NCBI GenBank assembly: GCA_903893675.1 | Contig: CAITNA010000174.1 | Coordinates: 1-55,945 of the forward strand | DNA from: an uncultured Micrococcales bacterium | Lineage (GTDB): Bacteria > Actinomycetota > Actinomycetes > Actinomycetales > Microbacteriaceae | Length of the DNA stretch: 55,945 nt | Direction of reading: 5' to 3' | Shown here: positions 31,601 through 43,600 of the stretch, piece by piece | Layout: each line of letters begins with the position of its first letter | Position numbering within the stretch: the first letter of the stretch is position 1 | Translations under genes and position numbers: made by a program | Notes under the pieces: model-generated | The model's input: the letters and a program-made list of their open reading frames with translations, nothing else | The model's database searches: none | Told to the model about the DNA's origin: nothing

Positions 31601-34600
31601 ACCGGCAACCGCAGCAACCGAAGTGGTTCCCGAGATGCTGCCAGAGTCAATCGAGATGGTCACGTTCTGAGTCGAGTCGCTACCACCGGTGACGGTGTTG
31701 CCATCCTGGTCTTTGATCGTCACGACAGGCTGAACCGAGAAGTTTGCGTTGTTCACCGCAGTGCCCGACGAAACCTTTGTGCCGTTTACAAGTTGAGTGG
31801 CCGCACCATAGGTAAGTGTGAATACCTGCGAAGTATCACTTGCAAGGCCAGTCGATGCGAAGGTAAGCGTCTTCGAGCCGATGGTGCCGTACTTGCCCAA
31901 AGGCGTGCTCGCGGTAGTCCAGTCGGCAACACCATTGACTGCAACGAGTGAGGTGGTTCCGGTCAGGGTTCCAGTGCTGATCGAAGCTGTGATGCTGGCC
32001 GTCGAGGTAGTTACAACGTTGCCCGAAGAGTCTTCGATTTTCGCTACCGGCTGGGTAGTGAAGTTGGTGCGGTTGATGAAGCCTGCAACACCAGTGGTGA
32101 CAACAACCTTGGTGGCCGCACCGAAGGTGAGGCTGATGCCCTGAATGGCTGAGGTAAGGCCACTTGACGCGAAGGTGAGCGTGTAGCTGCCCACGGTTCC
32201 GGTCAGCGACAGGCCCGAGAAATTAGCAACGCCGTTGACCGCGCTTACGGTTGTGGTTCCACCCAGCGTCGCACCTGCGACTGAAATAGTCACCGACGCA
32301 GTCGAACTCGTGACGGTGTTTCCAGATGCATCTTCGATCGTTGCAACTGGTTGGGTCGTGAATCCTGCGGCATTTGCGGCCCCGGCAGCTTGGGTCGTCA
32401 AGACCACCTGTGTTGCAGCGCCTGCGGCTACATTGAATGATTCGCTTGTGGTCACCGCTGTTGAGGCGAGTGTGTAGGTGATGGTCTGCACGCCGACAGC
32501 TCCGGTGTATGCCAAGTCTGTAAAGGTAGCGACACCGTTTACTGCCTGAACAGTAGCCGTTCCATTCAAACCATTAGCCATCGAAGCGACAACATTCGTA
32601 GAGGCGTCTGCTCCGGTAGTTACAACGTTGCCGTCGGCATCCTTAATTGTGATCTTCGGCTGCTGTGCAAATGCTGTGCCGTTAACGATGTCGGCGTTGC
32701 CCGCTGCCCCACCGTTCGAGGTGTAAATGTAGCGACCGTAGCTTGCGCCGTAACCGACGTAGGCACCAGAACGATAGCCAGTTGCGAGCGTGCCGCTGAT
32801 GGTGCCCCAACTGATCTTGGTTGCGGCTCCGGTTGCATTGACGTCCGGCCAGTTCAAAGTGAATGGATCACCTTGCTTTGCAAAACCAATCGAGCGGTTG
32901 GTGTAGTAGTACCAGTCGATACCGTTAGCAGTGGTCTTGCTCGTGAAGGTGCTGTCTGCGTCGAGGTTTGCAGTTACAGATGCACGCGGTCCTGCACCTA
33001 CGACATCGAATGAGCCATTTGCGCTCGGGCCGCTTGCATACATCAGGTAGGTTCCGGTGCAGTTTGCGAACACACTCGAGAGGCTAGGTGCGCTGTAGTT
33101 AGCGAATGTATCTGAGTAGCAGAGGGTCCAACCACCGTTGGTTACCGTCGAGCGAGACACGCTGGTCTGTGGGCCGCTTGGGTAGTAGAACGACTTCGCA
33201 ACGTTGACGCTCTGGCTGACCACAAGTTGTGTTGCTGCGCCGTTGATCAGTGTGAAACTCTGAGTGGCAGATGCCAGGCCTGCCGAGCTGAAGGTCAGAG
33301 TCTTCGAGCCGACGGTGCCGGTCTTGCCAAGCGCGGTAGGCGCAGTAGTCCAGTCGGCAACACCGTTGACCGCGGCCAGCGACAGGGTGCCAGTCAGGGC
33401 GCCGGTATCGATGCTCGCCAAGATGGTCGCGTTCGACGAGGTCACGGTGTTGTTACCGATGTCTTGAACAGTGACCACCGGCTGAATGGTGAATGCCGAG
33501 CGGTTTGCGAAGCCTGCCACCTGAGTGGTCAGAGCCAACTTGGATGCTGCACCAATAGTTGTCGTGATCGACTGGGTCAGCGAAGTCAAGCCGGTTGATG
33601 CATAAGTCAGGGTGTAGGTGTCGAGAGTTCCGGTTAGCTTCAGACCCGAGAAGGTCGCAGTTCCAGCCGATGCGGTTGCAGTTGTGGTGCCACCAAGTGT
33701 CGAAACACCTGAGGCAACGCCTGCAGAAACTGTCGCGGTTACCGTCGCGGTTGAAGTCGTGAGGTTGCCATCGGCATCCAAGAACTTAACCACTGGCTGG
33801 GTGGTGAATGCGACACCGTCAACCGCACCGGCCGCCGAGGTGTAAAGGTTCAACTGGGTTGCAGAACCGGCAACGGTGGTAACCGTCTGAGTCACCGACG
33901 CCAAGCCCGATGACGCGTAGGTAATGGTGTAGGTCGCAGCGGTTCCAGAAAGCTTCAGGTCACTGTAGGCCAGCGAACCTGCAGTGGCATTCGCGCTCGG
34001 GGTTCCACCTAGAGTCACATTCGCTGCGTTTGCCGAAGTCACGCTCGCCGAAATAGTTCCGGTTGAGTTCGCAACGGTGTTGCCCGATACGTCTTGAACC
34101 GTGATGGTCGGCTGCGCTGCCCAAACAGCACGGTTGGTTGCAGAAACGGTTGTTGCCGAAACGGCGAGCTTGGTCGCGGTTCCATAGGTCAAAGTCACGC
34201 CGAGACCCGCCGTCATGGTCGAAGGCGAGGTGATAGTCGCGGTGATGGTCTTCGAACCCGTTGAGCCGGTCAGCGTGATGCCCTTGCCGGTGAAGTTCGC
34301 CACACCACCGACCGAGGTCATCGAGGTGGTGCCCGAGAGGGTCGCGCCAGTGGCGGTCAAGGTGACAGTGGTGTCGGCGTTAGGAACAGTGTTGTTGCTT
34401 GCGTCGAGCAGGGTAACAACCGGCTGCACTGACAGCGCCTGGGCGTTGGCAGCGGTGGTGCTTCCCGAGATCGCGATAGAGGTCACCGCACCGGCCGCAA
34501 GGCTAATCGGCTGGGTGTCTTGGGTTAGTGAAGTTGCGGTGAAGGTCAGTGTGTAGCTGCCGACGGTGCCAGTCAGCTTCAAACCGCTGAAGGTGGCGAC

Positions 34601-37600
34601 GCCCGAGGCGGCAGTTGCGGTCAGGGTTCCACCCGGGGTTGCACCGCTCGATGATGCGGTGATAACCACGGATGAGTTTCCAACGGTGTTGTTTGATAAG
34701 TCTTGAACGGTGACCTTTGGCTGAGTCGTGAACGCGACACCATTTACCGCGCCGGCAGCCGGCTGAGTCACGGCGAGGTGGTCAGCAGCGCCATAGGTAG
34801 TGGTGATGACTTCTGTCTTGGTGATTGCACTTGGTGATGCGATTGCATAAGTCAAAGTGCGTGAGCCTACGAGTCCTACATACTTCAAGCCACTGAAGGT
34901 TGCCACACCCGAAATCGCAGGAACAGATGTGGTACCCGAAAGCGTTCCGCTATCGATCGAAACTGAGATGTTCTGTGTCGCGTCGGTTCCGCCGGTAACG
35001 GTGTTGCCATCCTGGTCAGCGATGGTGATTCTTGGCTGCGAGCTGAATGCTGCGTTGTTAACTGCAGTGCCCGAAGCAACGCCCTGGGTGATCAGCAACT
35101 GCGTTGCACTGCCATAAGTCAGAGTGAAGTTCTGAGTTGTGTCACTTGTCAAACCTGAAGATGCAAAGGTCAGCGTCTTGGATCCGATGGTGCCGTTTTT
35201 GCTCAATGGCGGGTTCGCGGTGGTCCAGTCAGCTATACCGCCAACGGCTGCTACCGAGGTGGTTCCGGTTAGGTTGCCCGAGCTGATCGAAACCGTAACA
35301 GTTGCCGTCGAGGTGGTGACTAGGTTTCCAGAAACATCCTGGATTTGCGCAATCGGTTGAGTGGTGAACGCCGCGCGGTTCACGAAACCTGCAACACCTG
35401 TGGTGACAACTACCTTGGCCGCTGCGCCAACAGCGAGAGTTGCTGTCTGAGTTGCACTAGTGAAGCCGTAGCACGAATAGGTAATCGTGTAAGTGTCTGC
35501 GGTTCCTGTCAGAACCAGGCCATTGCCTGTGAAGTCCGAGGTTCCCTGGGTCGACTGCTTGGTGGTGGTTCCGCCAAGCACAGCCGATCCGCCGCCGTTG
35601 CCGGCTGAAACGCTGGCCTGAATGGTTCCGGTGGTGTTCGTGACGTTGTTATCGGCATCCGTGAACTGAACGACCGGCGCAGTGCTAAAGGCCACGGCGT
35701 TAGTGAAGCCTGCCGCCGGAGTCTTCAGGTAGAGCTTGACGGTAGTGCCCGGCTGGAGCTGCAGCGAAGTCTGCGAAACGTTGAGCGAAGGCGACGACAT
35801 CGAGTACTGAATAGCGAAGTTGTTTGCGGCAGTTCCCTGGATGGTCAGGCCGCTGAATGTGGCGATTCCACCGGTTGCTGAGGCTGTTGCGCCAGCGGCA
35901 ATTGTTCCGGTGCCGTTAGTGATCGATGCCGTGACAAGAGCCGTCGAAGTCGTGGCATTGCCCGAGGTGTCTGCAATCTTTACTACAGGCTGGGAGGTGC
36001 AGGCGATGCGCGACTGGCAGTAGTTTGCCGAAGTGGTCAGCACCAGCTGGGTAGCCGCACCTGCGACCAAGCTGATGGTCTGATTCGCGGTGATACTCGA
36101 TGGTGAGCTGATCGTGTAGGTCAACGTGATGTTTGCGGCGGTTCCGGTCAACGCAACGTTTGTGAAGGTCGCGACACCACCAACCGCAGGCAGCGTGGTG
36201 GTTCCGCTAAGAGTTCCGGCACTCGCAGTGATCACTACGTTCTGAGTTGATTGCGAACCAGAAGTGACGGTGTTGCCATCCTGGTCTTGAATCGTGATGA
36301 CCGGCTGAGTGGTAAATGCCGAACCGTTGGTTGCGCCGGCAGCGGCGGTGGTCTTTGCCAACTGGTATGCAGCACCCGGAGTGTTCGAGAAAGTCTGAGT
36401 CGCGGTTGTGAGCGCGCCAGACGAATAAGTCAAAGTGTTGCTGTTCGAGACCAAACCATATGAACCAAGACCCGAGAAAGTTGCAACTCCTGAGCTTGGA
36501 GTTGCCGACGCGGTCCCGGTTAGCGTCGAGCCACCGTTGATCGCAATTGTCACGGCGGTCGAATAGTTGGTCACGGTGTTGCCGTATGCGTCTTGAACAG
36601 TGACCACCGGCTGAGTTGTGAAGTTGGTGCGCGACGCGAAGCCGGCGGCCGAGGTGGTCAGTGTGAGGTGGTCAGCCGAACCATAGGTGATGGTTAGTGC
36701 GCTGGTGGCAACGGTCATCGCCGGGTTGGTCGAGTAGGTCGCGGTGAAGGTAATCACATAGCTTCCCGAGGTGACACCGCCGATGCCGAGGTTGGTGAAG
36801 GTCGCGACACCGGCAACCGCGTTAACGGTGGTGGTGCCAACCAGGGTGCCGGTGCCCGAGGTCAGCGAAGCGGTGACCGCAAGGGTGGTGCCGTTCGCGG
36901 TAACCACGGTGTTTCCGGCTGAGTCAATTTCGACAACCGGCTGGGTGGTGAACGCGGCGCCGGCCTTGCCACCGGCAGGCTGGGTTGTAATGATCAGGTG
37001 GTCAGGGTCGCCAACCTGGATGGTCACATTGCCCGAGTTAACCGAGGCTTGCTGGGTGATCGCGGCGTTGTTGAAGTTCACAACCAGTGTTCCGGTGCCC
37101 GAGGTGACCTTCAGGTTGTTGAAAGTGATGGTTCCGCCAACCTGTGTGATGCTGGTGGTTCCGCCAAGAGTGAAGCCCGAAGTCGCTGTGCTCGCAACCA
37201 CGGTGTTGCTAACAGTGTTCTGTGCGGAAATGACGTTGTTATAGAGGTCTTTTACCGTGACCACTGGTGCAGGGCTGAAGACGGTGTTCAGGTAGCCCGA
37301 AGTCGGCGGGTTGGTGACCGTATAAGAGGTAGCGATTCCGAAGTTGGCGGTGATGCTATCCACGTTTGCCGGCGTGTATGTGCCGCCAGTTGCCTCGGTG
37401 TAGCTGACGGTCGGTGTGGTGCCACTCGAGGTAATCGCGAGGTTGGTGGTGTTGTTCTGACCAGCTAGGGTCACGTTGCCGCCGGCCGAAATACCGAGGT
37501 TCGCAATCGTGATGTTGTACGCAGTCGACTCAGTAACCGCGCCGCTGGTGCGCAGTGCGAGAGTTGTGTAGTTGCTTGGAGCAAGAGTGTTGGCGATGGT

Positions 37601-40600
37601 GATGTTGCCCGAGTTAGAGCCACCCGAGGCTCCGATGCGAAGGGTTCCTGCGGTGATCTGAGTTAGCTCGGTGTTGTTCAGGTCGAGTGTGCCTGCCGAG
37701 TCAGAGCCCGAGGCGCTCAGGTTGATCGCTGTGGTGCTCGTGGTTGGGGCAATCGTGACGACTCCAGAGGTCTTCACGTTCGAGCCCGACAGCATAGTGA
37801 ATGCGTCACCGGTGACCTTAATGTCACCTGAGTCTGAGGTCACAGAGCTTCCGGCTTTGTAACCGATGTTTACGCTGGAACCGATATAGGTTCCCGTTGT
37901 TCCGCCTGTGATATTGATTGCTCCATTGGCATTGAGAATGTCAACGTTGGCAGCGAAGACGCCGTTAGTACCAGCGGCGGTGCTAGTACCGGAAATGTTG
38001 ATTGCACCGCCACCTGTTGCCTTGAGCAATGCGATGAATGTGCCACCGTTTGGCGTGATGACGACACCAAACGACGGCTGCGTGGTTGCGCTGTTGGTCG
38101 TGTCACCGATGATCTGGATTGCGTTGCCGGTCGCCTTTGCCGAAACGATGTTGAGGCTCGAGGAAACCGTGCTTAAGTCTCCTAGTGCAACGGCGTGGAA
38201 GTAGCCATTGGTCGATCCACTGGCGCCACCCTGAATCAAAATGGTGTCACCGGCGTAGATGTTCGAACCCGGGGTCACAAACACTCCACGACCATAGGCA
38301 GAACTACCCTTGATGCTCATTCCTGCGGTGCCCGAGTAAATGTTGATTGAGTTTGCGGTTGAGGTGCTCTTATTGCCAAGCAACACGCCGTCGGTGTTGC
38401 CCGACGAGTTTCCGATTGCGGCGCCGTCTGGAAGGCCATCCGAGTTGGCGTCAACGCCACCACCAAGAGTGATTTGGCCGCCGGCCGTGGTGAGCGTAGT
38501 TGCGCCAGCTTCTGAGTTGAGCGAGGTGTAATCGGCTAGGGCGATTGCGCCTGCACCTGAGTTGTCGGCGTCGGCCCAAAGAGTGATAGCCCCGCCGTTG
38601 GCCTGGATGGTTCGCGGCGTGCCAGAAGCACCTCCGCTAGAGCTGATGTCGCCGGTTGCCTTCACCAGGATGCCGTTGCCAGAGCCGGTGCTAGTTAGGT
38701 TTTGAGCAAGCACTGCCGTGCCTGCGTAAACCTGAATCGGGCCGGCAATTGCGTATGCGATTGGTGCAGTGAAAGTCCAGGTGTTGGTGTTCTGGTCCTT
38801 GCCAATGAAGAGGCCGGTGCAGTCGCTCGAAATCTTGTCATTCGCTGTTGGCACTTGACTCAAGAAACCAGTAGTAAGGCTCGGCATGAACGTGACGGTG
38901 CCCTTGGTGTTGATGTTGTTGTTCATTGGCGAGAAGTAGCTCGCCTGGCGGTTGATATTGAACGTGATGTTGCCAGTGGTTGTGGTGACCTGGCTAAGTG
39001 GACAGGTTGCGACCAAACAGTATCCAATATTGGAAACGCCGCCTGAGCCTCCGCTACCGGCCAGCTTCGAATCAAAGAATCCACCAGCGCCAGCTGTTGT
39101 GGTTGCCGTGTTTATGGTGATCGGTCCAGCCGAAAGCAGATTGGTTCCGTTGATACCGACTTCTGGGCCATTCAAGGTTGTGCTCGAGTTGGTGCCGCTG
39201 ATGGTGATGCCACCAGAACCTGAAGCCTGAATGTAGACGCGGTTCGCACCCGTCGCATAGTAACCGGACTCGAATGCCGAGCCCTTAGTCGAGCTTGCGG
39301 TGATGCTGATTGCCGGTGCAGTCGCGCTGCTCGAGAAGAAGTCGCTCGCATTCGCGGTGGTTTCAGCCGCATCCATAAGTTCGATGCCAGATTGCTGGGC
39401 TGCGCTTGCCGAGGTATTCGAGCCAGCAAGCGTGATCTGGCCACCGTTGGCCCACATGGTGGTTGCGTAGTTGAAGGCAATCGCGCGAGTAGTCGAGGCC
39501 TCAGTGGTGTTGATGTTGATGTTTCCGCCACCCGAGTAATAGGTGGTGACCGAAGTTGCAGAACCACCGGTGCCCGAAACGAAGGCCGAATAGGTGGCCG
39601 AGTTACCCGCGACAGGGCCAGTTGGGTAGCTTCCGGCGCCAGTGCCACCACCGATGATGATGTCGCCACCACCAGTAGCCGTGCGGGTCGTAATGCCGCC
39701 CACGGTGTTCACGGTCGAGCCTGCATAGATCGAGACCCAGCCGTTGCCGCCGGTCGAGTTCGCCCAGAAGATGATTGGGCCGCCGTTTGACTGCATGGTT
39801 ACGGCCGCGCCGTTGGTGATGTCACCGGTCGACTTGAACAGAATCGACTTGGTCGAACCCGAGGTCGAAACGCCCGCGTTCACCTGGATGCTCGAGCCAT
39901 AGATCGAGATGTTGCCTGCCGCGGCAATGGCAGCCGCGTTGGTCATCGTGGTGGTGTTGGTGGTCTTGCCCCAGCGGAAGTCGGTCACATCGGCTAGCGC
40001 AAACGTGCTTGCTGGCAGAGTCTGAGCGGCCGAGAAGAATGCCGAGTTGGTGCTCGACTCGATAACAACAGGTGCGGTGCATCGAATGGTGGTCAAAGCC
40101 GTTGCAAAGACGTTGTTATCACCACGGATGGTCACGCCACCGGTGCAGTTGCCAGATGCCGATCCACCAATAACGTTGGCGTCGCTCGCGCTGCCGCTCG
40201 ACATGTAGACACCCTTGGTTCCACCGTCAAGAGTGACGGTGTTCGTAGCCAAAATGTTCACGTGTGACAGCACGATGCCTGCGGTGGTTGAGGTCGCGGT
40301 GCTTGTGCCGGTAATCGTGACGCTTCCGCCCGCGCCGGTTGCGTTGACAGTCAGCTGAGTCGCACCGCTTGCGTTTGCCGAAACCAATCCCCACTCAGAC
40401 GCGCCAGTGCCGTTCGTGTTCGTGCCAGTGATCGTGATGGCAGAAGTCGAAGTGTTTGCCGAGGTAATAGTCACCGGTGCCGTTGCTCCACCACCCATGA
40501 GCTCTACACCGTAGGCTGTGCCGTTGGTGTTGCCATCGGCTTGACCAGTGATGGTGATTGTTCCTGTGCCCGAGTTGTAGGTGTTGCCCTGCATGCTTGT

Positions 40601-43600
40601 GACACCGTTTGCGAACTGGGTCGTAGTTGCGTTCGAGTAACCATTAACCACGATGTTTCCGCCGCCAGAAAGCAGGTCAACGTTTCCAGCTGCGACAGCG
40701 TTTCCGCCAACCATGACACCAACCGCATAGGTAGTGCCGTTGTTCTTTGCTGCACCTGAAGGGCTGGACTCGGTGGCGGTGGCACCACCGGCAAGGGTGA
40801 TGTTACCGCCGCTGGTGGTGATCTTGTTGAACTGACCCACGAAGATAGCGCCGCTGCCCGAGGCGTCAGCATTTGACCAGAAGGTCACCGGGCCACCGCT
40901 GGTGGTGAAGGTGATGCGCGATGAGGTGCTGGCACCGTTGCTGGTCACTACATCCTGGGTTGCCTTCAATAGGATGGCGCTTGCCGTGTTGGTGGTCATG
41001 CTGGCACCGACCGTAACGGTCTTGCCATAAATCGAGATTGTGCCCGACGAGGTAATTGCCGTGCTTACGGTCACATCGGAGTTGTTCTGCGTCGCGCCTG
41101 AAACGGTACCGCTAGTGCCCGACTGTCCAATTACAACGTTGCCGATGGCTCCGCTGTTGGTGCCGGTTACTCCAGTGAACGACCAAGTTGAGTCGAACGT
41201 CTGAGCCGAGCTGAACAACTGCGAGTTCGGCTGAATGGTGACGTTGCCCGAGGTGCGAATAACTGCACCGGCTGCAGTGGCGTTTGCAGTGACCTCATTG
41301 AAACGGTCTCCGGTAATGACAACGTTTGAGCTCGACGATCCGCCCGAGATCGCACCGACGACAAAGCCTGCTGCTGTAGTGCCGGTCAGGTCGGCACCGT
41401 TCGCACCAAGGTTGATGCGAATCTGGCCTGAGCTTGCCAAGAACTGCAGGGCCTTAGTGCTGTCGAATGCATATGCCGAACTGTTTGCCGAAGTGGCGGT
41501 GAAGTCGATGTCGCCACCACCGGTTGCCTTCCAGGCGTATAGGGTTCCACTGACCTGGAGTGGCTGCATATTCGATGAAGCATTGGTAATCAAGGCCTGG
41601 AACCTAATCGCTGGAGTGTTGTTCACGGCGTCGGCCGGAGCAGACGATTGCCAGGTCACTCCACCGTTCCATGCCTCGAAGGCGTTGTCGCCCGTGCTTG
41701 CTGTCGTCGCCTTAGCGTCGATGCGGCCAGAACCTGAATCGATGACCATCGCGGTCGATCCCTGAATTGCAATACCCTGGGCCGCCGAGCCACCGGTCGA
41801 ACCATAGATGCGAATATTTCCGCCGCTGGTAGTGATGGAATCCGCGGTGCCGGTCGGGCTTGATCCAAACAGCACGCCACCCCATACATATGTGCCAGCG
41901 GAGTATGCGGCTGATGCGTAGGTCGAACCATTCGGGAAACCATTTGTGTCTGTGAAGCTCGAGCCTGCGATGTAGACCGAACCACCGTTAGTGGTGATTG
42001 AACCGCCGTTGTCCAGCGAGAAAGCGCCAACCGTCGAAGAAGAGTCGAGCGAGCCGCTTCGGGTCCAGATAACGACATTTCCACCGTTGGTGGTCAGGCT
42101 CTTGGATGCAGCCACCTGGATGCTTCCGGTCGACTTCAAAGTGATCGGGCCGGTGGCCGAAGTGGTTACGCTGACGTTTCCAGCAAGTGCCATGTCGCCG
42201 CCGGTGGCAGTGAGAACCGCGCCGCCGCTACCCGACGCCTGCACAGCGCCCACTCCCGAGAAGCTCAGCGCGGTCGCGGCTACGTTTCCGGTTGCGGTCA
42301 AGGTGGCCGAGCCTGTGTATGCACCCGACTGAGTCATGGTGATGTTGCCTGCAGCCGTGATCGCACCGGTGCCAGCAAAAGTCGTGCTGGTTACGCTCAC
42401 GTTTCCGGCCGAGTTCAAGGTTCCAGCGCCTGTGTATGCGCCCGAACCCGTGATCGTGATATTGCCCGAGTTGGTGGTGGTCTGGTTGGCAGACATGGTG
42501 ACGGCACTGGCCCAGATGTCGATGTTGCCCTTGATCGAGTTGGTATCGGCGATGGTCACACCGACGCCGTTGCCCGACTTGCCAACGGCAAGATAACCGA
42601 GGTTGGTCATGGTCACGGTGGATGCAACCGTAGTCGCCGAAGTGAACGACGGGGACTTCGGCTGAAGGTAAAGGCCGGCTGCGTTCTGGAACGTCGTCGA
42701 ACCACCCGCGACGTAGCTCTCCGCGTCGCTGATCACCTTGATGTTGCCGGCCAGTGACGAGCTCGACGAGCCACCAACGGCAACGGCTGCAACACCGGTT
42801 TGCAAGTTGAAACTTACGTTCTGGGTTCCACCATCGATGGTGATGTTTCCGCCGGCGGCATAGATGTTCGTGTAGTTGAGCTCAATCGAGTCAGTGGTTG
42901 CCGAACTCGCCGTGCCGGTCATAACAATGTTTCCGCCACCAGATGCGTTTATGGTTTGAACTCCACCGGTTGTCCATATTGTGATTCCATTCGCGTTGTT
43001 CGACGGGCTCGATGAAGCGCTGTTTACAAGGCCGGTGATCGTGATCGCGTTACCCGAGGTTGCACCAGAGCTGATGTTCGAGTTCACACCGGCACCGCCC
43101 GCATACGCGAGGTAAACCGCGTGAGCGTTAGTGGTCGGCTGCTGGCTGTAGCCAAGAACACTCACGGTTCCAGTTGCCGAAGCGATGTTGACACCTTCAT
43201 AAACCAGAACACCGGCAGAAGTTGCAGTGTTGTTGGTCTGACCCATGATCGAGATGTTTCCGGCGCTTGCAGAGATCTTGACCTCGTCGGTCACGGTCGC
43301 ACCCGAACCAAGAGCGACACCAGAGCCATAGCTCGAGTAACCCTGGGCATAACTGGTCGGCTGGGTGTCAGAGCTTGCGCCGCTTCCACCTAGGATGACC
43401 GCACCATTCACACCCGTGATGTCGGTGTAGTTCGCGACCGAGATCGCGCCGCTTCCCGAGGCATCGGTGTTTGCCCAGATATACAGAGGTGCAGTGCTTG
43501 CGGCACCGGTGATGGTGATGGCGCGACGGGCACCCGAGGCACCGCCGCTGATGAGCACATCCTGGGTGGCCTTGATCTGCAGGCCATTGCCCGAAGTCTC

